Of a DNA stretch of 32,000 bases, positions 9,863-18,253 are shown one piece after another. The notes under the pieces were generated by a model. The model was not told the origin of the DNA, did not search any database, and saw only the letters and a list, made by a program, of their open reading frames with translations. Source of the stretch: Mycobacterium tuberculosis H37Rv (GTDB taxonomy: Bacteria; Actinomycetota; Actinomycetes; Mycobacteriales; Mycobacteriaceae); the NCBI RefSeq assembly GCF_000195955.2, contig NC_000962.3, forward strand, positions 3,210,001-3,242,000, in the 5' to 3' direction. A program made the translations under genes and the position numbers. Within the stretch, counting starts at the first letter, position 1; each line of letters begins with the position of its first letter.

Positions 9863-11698
9863 TCAGGCAGAACGGCTCAGAGCGGCGCCGAGCTCACCCG
9901 CCCGCAGGTAGCGACCCGACTTCACGTTCTGCCCGTAGCCGTCGCGGAACTGACCTCCGAACTGGCCTCCGCGGAATACCACGGTGCCGCCCACGCCCGT
10001 CGCAACCACGGTCGCATCGTTGCGGTTGACCATGCGTCGCAGACCGCCATAGTAGGGCACCGCCTCCTCGTGGTACCCGTCCACCGATTCATCTAGGTGG
10101 GTAGGGTCAATCACCGCGAAGTCCGCACGGTCACCCTGGCGCAACGTGCCCGCGCCTATACCGAACCACTCGGCCAACTCACCGGTGAGGCGATACACTG
10201 CCCGCTCGATGGACAGAAACGGTTGTCCGGCCCGGTCGGCGTCTCTGGCTCGTTTGAGCAGCCGAAGCCCGAAGTTGTAGAACGCCATATTGCGCAGGTG
10301 CGCGCCGGCGTCGGAGAAGCCCATGTGGACACTCGGTTCGGCGGCCAGCTTGTTCAGCTGGTTGGGCCGGTGATTGGCGACGATGGTGGTCCATCGGACA
10401 TTGCGCTCCCCGTTGTCCACCAGCACATCGAGGAACGCGTCCAGCGGGTGCAGCCCGCGCTCGTCGGCTATTGCCCCGAAACTCTTACCGATCAACGACT
10501 TATCCGGGCATTCGACGATCACGGCGTCGTGGAAGTCCCGATGCCACAACGAAGGTCCGAGCTTGATGCGATCGAACTCGCGCCGGAACGACCGGCGGTA
10601 AGACCTGTCGGCCAGGAGCTCGTTGCGCTGCAGTTGGTCACGCAGATGAAGGGCCGCCGTTCCGGCGCCGAACTCCTCGAAGACCGGCAGGTCGATGCCG
10701 TCGGAGTACAGCTCGAACGGGACCGGCAGATGCTGGAATCGCACCTGAGAGCCTAAGAGCTTGTTCAGCACGCGGGTGCCCAACCCGAACACGTGTACCG
10801 CCAGCGGCATCGACTTGGCGTCGGCGGACACCAACATGCTCATTCGAACGCCCTTGCGCCGGTTGAATATCCGGCTGCTGGCCAAGAAAAACAGCAGCGC
10901 GGACACCGGGTTGTCGACGTCGGGTGCGCTCTGCAGTATCCGGCCCCGGTGGCGCAGCACCGAGATCAGCTTGCGACGCTCCCGCCAGGTCGCGAAGGTG
11001 GACGGCAGCGCACGCGAGCGGAAGCGGTCGCCGTCGAGCTTGTCGATAGCGGCGTCCATCCCGGACATGCCCAGCATCCCGGCCTCGAGCGCCTCATCGA
11101 GCAGTTTCGCCATCTTCGCCAGCTCGGCTTCGGTGGGCCGGACGGTGTCGTCGGTGGCACGATCAAGGCCCAGTACCGCGGTCCGCAGATCCGAATGGCC
11201 AAGCAGTGAACTCACATTCGGCCCGAGGGGCAGGGCGTCGATCGCTTCGATGTACTCCGCGGGCGTCGACCACGTCTGGTTGTCCCGCAGGGCACCCAGG
11301 ACAAATTCGCGGGGCACCGCTTCAACACGGCTGAACAGGTCGGCGGCATCCTCGGAGTTGGCGTAGACCGTCGACAACGAGCAGTTTCCCAGCAGCACCG
11401 TGGTGACACCGTGGCGCACCGACTCCCGCAAACCAGGATCGAGCAACACCTCGGCGTCATAGTGGGTGTGCACGTCGATGAAGCCAGGCACGACCCACTT
11501 CCCCGCCGCATCAACCACCTCCGGGCAGCCGGTCTCGTCCAGTGCGCCGGCAGCCACCGTGGCCACCACGCCGTCGCGAATGCCCAGAGTGCGAGTCAAT
11601 GGCGCATTGCCGGTGCCGTCGAACCACAGTCCGTCGCGAATGATCACGTCGTAGGTCACCGTTTCCTCCAGATCGTTGAGTTGCCGCCAAGCTAACAT
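9863..11698 (-). CDS. Metal-dependent amidohydrolase, D-aminoacylase-like (Rv2913c)
   Basis: 611 aa with VVDAAGKWVVPGFIDVHTHYDAEVLLDPG. Confidence 0.88.
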   Translation of the reverse strand: MLAWRQLNDLEETVTYDVIIRDGLWFDGTGNAPLTRTLGIRDGVVATVAAGALDETGCPEVVDAAGKWVVPGFIDVHTHYDAEVLLDPGLRESVRHGVTTVLLGNCSLSTVYANSEDAADLFSRVEAVPREFVLGALRDNQTWSTPAEYIEAIDALPLGPNVSSLLGHSDLRTAVLGLDRATDDTVRPTEAELAKMAKLLDEALEAGMLGMSGMDAAIDKLDGDRFRSRALPSTFATWRERRKLISVLRHRGRILQSAPDVDNPVSALLFFLASSRIFNRRKGVRMSMLVSADAKSMPLAVHVFGLGTRVLNKLLGSQVRFQHLPVPFELYSDGIDLPVFEEFGAGTAALHLRDQLQRNELLADRSYRRSFRREFDRIKLGPSLWHRDFHDAVIVECPDKSLIGKSFGAIADERGLHPLDAFLDVLVDNGERNVRWTTIVANHRPNQLNKLAAEPSVHMGFSDAGAHLRNMAFYNFGLRLLKRARDADRAGQPFLSIERAVYRLTGELAEWFGIGAGTLRQGDRADFAVIDPTHLDESVDGYHEEAVPYYGGLRRMVNRNDATVVATGVGGTVVFRGGQFGGQFRDGYGQNVKSGRYLRAGELGAALSRSA

Positions 11699-11766
11699 AG
11701 ATAGCGATCACTCGCAATCTTTTTGGCTGACGCCGCTTCGCTGCCGCGGCGCTGGTCAAGTGGGTG

Positions 11767-13524
11767 TCAGCGACCGGGCCCCGGCGCCGTTGTGGTCGGC
11801 GGCGTCAGGGTGGCTGTGGACGTTGTATCGGGGGTATCAGGAATCGTTGCTGGGTCCGGCACGGTGACTGCCGGGGGAAGATCACCACTGCGGCTGGCCA
11901 CCGCGGGAATCCGAATGACCGCTCCTTGTTGTCCACATTCGTTGCTATGCACAGTGACGACCATTTCGCCGACGAGGTCGCCCTGCGGTTGCGGTCGCAG
12001 TGCGAGCAACTGCGTCGTGGCCTGTGTACTCGGCGAGCCGTTGGGCCCGACGCACGGGAACTGCACCGTCTCCGGCCGCGACTTCCACTGGCCCTCGCCG
12101 AACTGCATGAGGAACGGCCTAACGGGCGGAGTCTTGGCCTGGGTGTGGTCGTTGTCGTCGAGCATCGTTGCGGCCGCGAGACATTCGGTCGGAGTGCACG
12201 AAGTGCGGAACGCCCACCAGGTGTTCACGTCCGGCGGTTGCGGCGTAGGGGTGTAGTCGTAGGTCTGCTTTGAGCGTTGGATCTCGATGCGGTATGTGCC
12301 GTCCAGTGGGACCGGCGCGGTGACCGCGACGGTGGTCGTCGGGGCGCTGGGCACAGCCGACCCACTGGTCGGCGGGCGCGCGACTTCGGTGGCGGTCGTG
12401 TTCGTCTTGCGCCCAATCACGATGCCGACCGCGAACAGGCCAGCCAATAGCAACACCGCTACCGCACCGACCAGGATCCGGCGTGGCCGGCGCCTGGTGG
12501 GGCTCGCCGGAGCCTTGGTGGCGGTGGAGAAGTTGTCCAGGCGGCGCGCCAGCACCCCGGCCGCTGACTGCAGCATCGAGCCGCGCCGTTGGGGGGTCGG
12601 GGCCGCCGGCGCCGGTGCCCGGGCGGATGGTTCTTTGCAGTCGACGGCCTCGGGCCAACCATAAGCCGGGTAGTCGACGACATACGCTTCCTCACCGGCC
12701 GCCGCGGTGACCTCAGAAGCGTCGACACCCCCCGAGCTCTGATCAGCGATCGCGACGCCGGCCTGTTCGTTCATCGCGTCGGCGAACTCGCGGCAGCTGC
12801 CGAACCGGTCCGCGGGCGCTGTGGCGAGCGCACGCGAGAGGACACCGTCGAGGCGTGCCAGGTCCGGGCGGAAGGCGGAGAGCTTCGGTGGCTGCAGCGG
12901 TCCGGTGTGCGAACGATCAACCGGCGGCGCACCGGCGAACAGGTGTATGGCGGTAAGCGCCAACGCGTACTGATCGGCACGCCCGTCAACGTCGGCCCCC
13001 GCCGACAGTTCGGGCGCCGGATAGCTGGGTTGGCTGGCAATTCCGAAGTCGGCCAACAGGATCCGTTGGTCGCCAGCACTCTGACTGGTTAGCACGACGT
13101 TGGCGGGGTTGACGTCACGATGCAGCAGGCCGCGCTGGTGGGCGTAGTCGAGAGCTCCGGCTACGGCAGTGACGATGGCGAGTACCTCACCAACCGGCAA
13201 GACCGCCGGAAACCGGTCGGCCATATGCTGCGTGGCGTCGATGCCATCGACGTAGTCCATCGCAATCCACAGCTGCCCGTCGAACTCACCGCGATCATGA
13301 ACCTCCAGGATGTGCGGGTGAAATAGCCGCGCGGCAACCTCGGTCTCCCGTTGAAATCGGCGGCGAAATTCGTCGTCCGCAGCCATCGCCGGCGAAAGCA
13401 CCTTCAGCGCCTGCCAGCCGGGGAATCCGGGATGTTGCACGAGGTAGACCTCACCCATCGCGGAACAACCCAGCATCCGCACGACGGTGTAGCCGGCAAA
13501 GGTCACGCCGCTGGCCAACGCCAT
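11767..13524 (-). CDS. pknI: Transmembrane serine/threonine protein kinase PknI (Rv2914c)
   Basis: ORF 11767..13578, start likely MALASGVTFAGYTVVRML at 13524 (585 aa). GCSAMGEVY loop, QALKVL, HRDVNPANVVL, DFG, then TM VGAVAVLLLAGLFAVGIVIG and an extracytoplasmic domain. Confidence 0.93.
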   Translation of the reverse strand: MALASGVTFAGYTVVRMLGCSAMGEVYLVQHPGFPGWQALKVLSPAMAADDEFRRRFQRETEVAARLFHPHILEVHDRGEFDGQLWIAMDYVDGIDATQHMADRFPAVLPVGEVLAIVTAVAGALDYAHQRGLLHRDVNPANVVLTSQSAGDQRILLADFGIASQPSYPAPELSAGADVDGRADQYALALTAIHLFAGAPPVDRSHTGPLQPPKLSAFRPDLARLDGVLSRALATAPADRFGSCREFADAMNEQAGVAIADQSSGGVDASEVTAAAGEEAYVVDYPAYGWPEAVDCKEPSARAPAPAAPTPQRRGSMLQSAAGVLARRLDNFSTATKAPASPTRRRPRRILVGAVAVLLLAGLFAVGIVIGRKTNTTATEVARPPTSGSAVPSAPTTTVAVTAPVPLDGTYRIEIQRSKQTYDYTPTPQPPDVNTWWAFRTSCTPTECLAAATMLDDNDHTQAKTPPVRPFLMQFGEGQWKSRPETVQFPCVGPNGSPSTQATTQLLALRPQPQGDLVGEMVVTVHSNECGQQGAVIRIPAVASRSGDLPPAVTVPDPATIPDTPDTTSTATLTPPTTTAPGPGR

Positions 13525-13567
13525 TGGCCGATAGTAACCGCGTTCGGCACGGCCCGCGCGGCCAAAG

Positions 13568-14680
13568 CTAGGGCCCAAAAGTCCTGCCGCGCAAAATCAC
13601 CAGATCGGGATGCTGCAGCACACCCGGACCCTGCCGCGGATCCTGGGCGTAGCACAACAGGTCGGCCGATGCCCTATCGTCCAGCCCGGGCCGGCCCAGC
13701 CAGCGTCGAGCATCCCAGCACGCCGCGCCCAACGCCTCGTGCGCGGTCATCCCAATCCTCTGCAGCGCCGCTACCTCGTCAGCGATCCGTCCGTGCTCGA
13801 TCGTGCTGCCCGCATCGGTGCCCGCGTATACCGGCACCCCCGCCTCCCGCGCCGCAGCGACCCGCCCATAGCCGCGGGCATACAGGTCGCGCATGTGCGC
13901 GGCATAGGTTGGATAGCGCCCTGCCGCATCGGCAATGCCCGGAAAGTTTTCCAGGTTGATCAGCGTGGGGACCAACGCGGTGCCGTGCTCGAGCATCAAG
14001 GCGATGGTGTCGTCGGTGAGGCCGGTGCCGTGCTCGATGCAGTCGATGCCGGCGTTGATCAAGCCGGGCAGCGCGTCCTCGCTGAAAACGTGCGCGGTGA
14101 CCCGGGCGCCCTGAGCGTGTGCCGTGTCGATGGCGGCTTTGAGCACGTCATCGGACCACAACGGGGCAAGATCGCCGATTTGACGGTCGATCCAGTCACC
14201 GACCAGCTTGACCCAGCCGTCACCGCGGCGGGCCTGCTCGGCTACCGCTGCCGGCAGCTGGGATTCGTCTTCGAGCTCGACCGCGAAGCCGGCGATGTAA
14301 CGCTTGGGTCTGGCCAGGTGCCGTCCGGCGCGGATGATGCGGGGCAGGTCTTCGTGGTCGTCAAGGCCGCGGGTGTCGGTCGGCGAGCCGCAGTCCCGCA
14401 ACAGCAGCGCGCCGACGTCACGTTCGGTCTCGGCCTGAGCGATCGCCTCGTCGAGTTCGACGTTGCCGTGTTTCCCAAGCCCGACATGGCAGTGCGCGTC
14501 GACCAGCCCGGGCAGGATCCAGCCGCCGTCAAAGACGGTGTCGGCTCCTGCCACCGGTTCGGTGCTAATGCGGCCGTCGACGATCCACAGTTGGATCGCC
14601 GTCTCGTCGGGCAGGCCCAAACCTCGCACGTGCAGGCGCACGGCGCGGCTACGGGGCCTGATGGTGTCGACCCGCTTCAC
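13568..14680 (-). CDS. Amidohydrolase family protein (Rv2915c)
   Basis: Minus ORF 13568..14695, probable GTG start at 14680 (370 aa). GGWILPGLVDAHCHVGLG, HAQGARVTAHVF, YAGTDAGS. Confidence 0.85.
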   Translation of the reverse strand: MKRVDTIRPRSRAVRLHVRGLGLPDETAIQLWIVDGRISTEPVAGADTVFDGGWILPGLVDAHCHVGLGKHGNVELDEAIAQAETERDVGALLLRDCGSPTDTRGLDDHEDLPRIIRAGRHLARPKRYIAGFAVELEDESQLPAAVAEQARRGDGWVKLVGDWIDRQIGDLAPLWSDDVLKAAIDTAHAQGARVTAHVFSEDALPGLINAGIDCIEHGTGLTDDTIALMLEHGTALVPTLINLENFPGIADAAGRYPTYAAHMRDLYARGYGRVAAAREAGVPVYAGTDAGSTIEHGRIADEVAALQRIGMTAHEALGAACWDARRWLGRPGLDDRASADLLCYAQDPRQGPGVLQHPDLVILRGRTFGP

Positions 14681-14707
14681 CCGGCTCCGCCGCACTCGCG
14701 ATCGCCA

Positions 14708-16285
14708 CTACTTCTTGCCTGGGAACTTCAGCTTGGACAGGTCGAAGTCGGCCAGGCCGGGCGGCAGCTCGTCGAGACCTTTGGGCATCTGTGAGAGATC
14801 AGGGAGCCCCCCAGGTAGCCCAGCCAAGCCCGGCATCCCGGGCACGCCGAACGGGCTCTTGACCTTCGGCGGCGTCGGACCGCGCGTCCCCTTCTTACTC
14901 TTCTTGCCGGATTTGCCTTTTGCGCCCTTGCTCTTTCGCGTCGCGGATTTGCGCCCTATGCCCGGTATGCCCATGCCCCCGAGCATGGACGACATCATCT
15001 TGCGGGCTTCGAAGAAGCGCTCGACCAGCTGGTTGACCTCGGACACCGTGACGCCCGAGCCGTTGGCGATGCGCAGCCGCCGCGAGGCATTGATGATCTT
15101 GGGGTCTGCCCGTTCCTGCGGCGTCATGCCGCGAATGATGGCCTGGACACGATCGAGTTGTTTGTCGTCGACCTCGGCCAACGCGTCCTTCATCTGAGCC
15201 GCGCCGGGCAGCATGCCCAGCAGGTTGCCGATCGGGCCCATCTTGCGTACCGCGAGCATCTGCTCGAGGAAGTCCTCCAGGGTCAGCTCGCCGGCGCCGA
15301 TCTTGGCTGCGGCCTCCTCGGCCTGTTGTGCATCGAAGACCTGCTCGGCCTGTTCGATCAGGCTCAGCACATCGCCCATGCCCAAGATGCGACTGGCCAT
15401 CCGGTCCGGGTGGAAGACGTCGAAGTCCTCCAGCTTCTCCCCGGTGGAGGCGAAAAGGATTGGAACACCGGTCACTTCGCGCACCGATAACGCGGCACCA
15501 CCGCGGGCGTCACCGTCGAGCTTGGTCAAGGCCACACCGGTGAACCCGACGCCCTCGCCGAACGCCGCAGCGGTGGTGACCGCGTCCTGGCCGATCATCG
15601 CGTCCAGGACGAACAGCACCTCGTCGGGGTTGATGGCGTCGCGGATGGCCGCGGCCTGGGCCATCAGCTCCTCGTCGATGCCCAGTCGTCCGGCGGTGTC
15701 GACGATGACGACGTCGAAGTGCTTGGCCCGGGCCTCGGCCAGCCCGGCCGCCGCCACCGCAACCGGGTCACCGGGGCCGGACTCCGGCGAGGCACCCGGA
15801 TGCGGCGCGAACACCGGCACTCCGGCACGCTCGCCGACGACCTGCAGCTGGTTCACCGCGGCCGGCCGTTGCAGGTCACAAGCGACCAGCAGTGGCGTGT
15901 GTCCTTGTCCACGCAGGCGGGCGGCCAATTTGCCGGCCAGTGTCGTCTTCCCGGAGCCCTGCAGGCCGGCGAGCATCACGACGGTCGGCGGGGTCTTCGC
16001 AAACGCCAACTCGCGGGTTTCGCCGCCGAGGATGCTTATCAGTTCCTCGTTGACGATCTTGACGACCTGTTGAGCCGGGTTGAGGGCACTTGACACCTCG
16101 GCCCCGCGGGCGCGTTCTTTGATCCGGTGGATGAATGCCCGGACCACCGGTAGCGAAACATCGGCTTCCAGCAGCGCCAAACGAATTTCGCGGGTAGTGG
16201 CATCGATATCGGCATCGGTCAGTCGGCCCTTGCCGCGCAGCCCCTGCAGGGCGGCGGTCAAACGGTCAGACAGCGATTCAAACAC
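14708..16285 (-). CDS. ffh: Signal recognition particle GTPase Ffh (Rv2916c)
   Basis: 525 aa with GLQGSGKTTLAGKLA, DTAGRLGIDEELM, TKLDGDARGGAAL and a Met-rich M domain. Confidence 0.96.
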   Translation of the reverse strand: MFESLSDRLTAALQGLRGKGRLTDADIDATTREIRLALLEADVSLPVVRAFIHRIKERARGAEVSSALNPAQQVVKIVNEELISILGGETRELAFAKTPPTVVMLAGLQGSGKTTLAGKLAARLRGQGHTPLLVACDLQRPAAVNQLQVVGERAGVPVFAPHPGASPESGPGDPVAVAAAGLAEARAKHFDVVIVDTAGRLGIDEELMAQAAAIRDAINPDEVLFVLDAMIGQDAVTTAAAFGEGVGFTGVALTKLDGDARGGAALSVREVTGVPILFASTGEKLEDFDVFHPDRMASRILGMGDVLSLIEQAEQVFDAQQAEEAAAKIGAGELTLEDFLEQMLAVRKMGPIGNLLGMLPGAAQMKDALAEVDDKQLDRVQAIIRGMTPQERADPKIINASRRLRIANGSGVTVSEVNQLVERFFEARKMMSSMLGGMGIPGIGRKSATRKSKGAKGKSGKKSKKGTRGPTPPKVKSPFGVPGMPGLAGLPGGLPDLSQMPKGLDELPPGLADFDLSKLKFPGKK

Positions 16286-16336
16286 GCCCGCCAGCCTAAT
16301 GGTGATCGCGAGCGCCGCGCAGCGGCACCGTTATCC

Positions 16337-16397
16337 GTTGACTCTGCGTCCACCACGCAAAAGTGCGAGTAACCCGCCTGGTGGACGCAGAGTCAAC
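16337..16397. repeat. Perfect 19-bp inverted repeat with 23-nt spacer
   Basis: GTTGACTCTGCGTCCACCA (16337-16355) is the reverse complement of TGGTGGACGCAGAGTCAAC (16379-16397). Confidence 0.92.
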
Positions 16398-18243
16398 ACG
16401 ATGCGACGTCGGACCTGCGCCGAAAAGCGTTGCCATGCTACATTTCACCGCCGCCACCTCACGGTTCCGGCTGGGGAGGGAGCGGGCAAATTCGGTCCGT
16501 AGCGACGGGGGGTGGGGAGTCTTGCAGCCGGTCAGCGCGACCTTCAACCCTCCGTTGCGGGGTTGGCAGCGCCGGGCGCTGGTGCAGTACCTGGGCACCC
16601 AGCCGCGGGATTTCCTCGCGGTGGCCACTCCCGGATCTGGCAAGACATCGTTCGCGCTGCGGATCGCAGCCGAACTACTCCGTTACCACACTGTCGAGCA
16701 GGTCACCGTCGTCGTGCCCACAGAGCACCTCAAGGTGCAGTGGGCGCATGCTGCGGCAGCACACGGCCTTTCCCTTGACCCAAAGTTCGCCAACTCCAAT
16801 CCGCAGACCTCACCGGAGTATCACGGCGTAATGGTCACCTACGCCCAGGTCGCTTCGCATCCCACGCTGCACCGAGTGCGTACCGAAGCGCGCAAGACGT
16901 TGGTGGTCTTCGACGAGATCCACCACGGCGGCGACGCCAAGACCTGGGGAGACGCCATCCGGGAAGCTTTCGGTGACGCCACCCGCCGCCTTGCCCTGAC
17001 GGGTACACCGTTTCGCAGCGACGACAGCCCAATCCCGTTCGTCAGCTACCAGCCCGACGCGGATGGCGTGCTGCGTTCTCAGGCTGACCACACCTACGGC
17101 TATGCGGAAGCCCTCGCTGACGGTGTCGTCCGGCCGGTGGTCTTCCTCGCCTATTCGGGGCAGGCGCGCTGGCGGGACAGCGCCGGCGAGGAGTACGAGG
17201 CGCGACTGGGCGAGCCGCTGTCTGCCGAGCAGACCGCGCGGGCGTGGCGCACAGCGCTCGACCCGGAAGGCGAGTGGATGCCGGCGGTGATCACGGCGGC
17301 CGATCGACGGCTCCGACAACTGCGTGCGCACGTACCCGACGCGGGCGGCATGATCATCGCCTCGGATCGCACCACGGCCCGCGCTTATGCCCGCCTGCTC
17401 ACCACGATGACGGCCGAAGAGCCCACGGTCGTGCTCTCCGACGACCCCGGATCGTCGGCGCGTATCACGGAATTTGCCCAGGGCACCAGCCGTTGGCTGG
17501 TCGCGGTCCGCATGGTCTCCGAAGGTGTCGACGTGCCCCGGCTTTCGGTCGGGGTTTACGCCACCAACGCCTCCACGCCGCTGTTCTTCGCACAGGCCAT
17601 CGGTCGGTTCGTGAGGTCCCGCCGACCGGGTGAAACCGCGAGCATCTTCGTGCCGTCGGTGCCTAACCTGCTGCAGCTGGCCAGTGCGTTGGAGGTGCAG
17701 CGTAACCACGTGCTGGGCCGACCGCACCGCGAATCGGCCCACGATCCCCTCGATGGTGATCCCGCCACCAGGACGCAAACCGAGCGGGGCGGCGCGGAGC
17801 GGGGCTTTACCGCGTTGGGGGCCGATGCGGAACTCGATCAGGTCATCTTCGACGGTTCCTCGTTCGGCACCGCCACCCCAACCGGGAGCGACGAGGAGGC
17901 CGACTACCTAGGCATCCCCGGGCTGCTCGATGCCGAGCAGATGCGCGCCCTGCTGCACCGCCGCCAAGACGAGCAGCTGAGGAAACGGGCTCAGCTTCAG
18001 AAAGGGGCCACCCAGCCAGCAACGTCGGGGGCTTCGGCATCGGTGCATGGCCAACTGCGCGACCTGCGCCGCGAGCTCCACACGCTGGTGTCGATTGCGC
18101 ACCACCGCACCGGCAAACCGCATGGCTGGATCCACGACGAACGGCGCCGCCGTTGTGGCGGGCCTCCGATCGCCGCTGCCACCCGCGCTCAGATCAAGGC
18201 ACGCATCGATGCGTTGCGACAGCTCAACTCCGAGCGGTCATGA
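16363..18243 (+). CDS. SF2 DEAD/DEAH-type helicase (Rv2917); start uncertain
   Basis: 626 aa from GTG at 16363 with GSGKTSFALR (I), VVFDEIHHG (II), LTGTPFRSD (III), IGRFVRSRRPG (VI). An in-frame ATG lies at 16435. Confidence 0.88.
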   Translation: MRVTRLVDAESTRCDVGPAPKSVAMLHFTAATSRFRLGRERANSVRSDGGWGVLQPVSATFNPPLRGWQRRALVQYLGTQPRDFLAVATPGSGKTSFALRIAAELLRYHTVEQVTVVVPTEHLKVQWAHAAAAHGLSLDPKFANSNPQTSPEYHGVMVTYAQVASHPTLHRVRTEARKTLVVFDEIHHGGDAKTWGDAIREAFGDATRRLALTGTPFRSDDSPIPFVSYQPDADGVLRSQADHTYGYAEALADGVVRPVVFLAYSGQARWRDSAGEEYEARLGEPLSAEQTARAWRTALDPEGEWMPAVITAADRRLRQLRAHVPDAGGMIIASDRTTARAYARLLTTMTAEEPTVVLSDDPGSSARITEFAQGTSRWLVAVRMVSEGVDVPRLSVGVYATNASTPLFFAQAIGRFVRSRRPGETASIFVPSVPNLLQLASALEVQRNHVLGRPHRESAHDPLDGDPATRTQTERGGAERGFTALGADAELDQVIFDGSSFGTATPTGSDEEADYLGIPGLLDAEQMRALLHRRQDEQLRKRAQLQKGATQPATSGASASVHGQLRDLRRELHTLVSIAHHRTGKPHGWIHDERRRRCGGPPIAAATRAQIKARIDALRQLNSERS

Positions 18244-18253
18244 GCGTGCGATC

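Noticed and set aside
13610-14794. Plus-strand 394-aa ORF antisense to Rv2915c
   Set aside because: Shadow frame; the amidohydrolase motifs are on the minus strand.
16810-17778. Minus-strand 322-aa ORF within Rv2917
   Set aside because: Shadow frame of a gene with complete SF2 helicase motifs.
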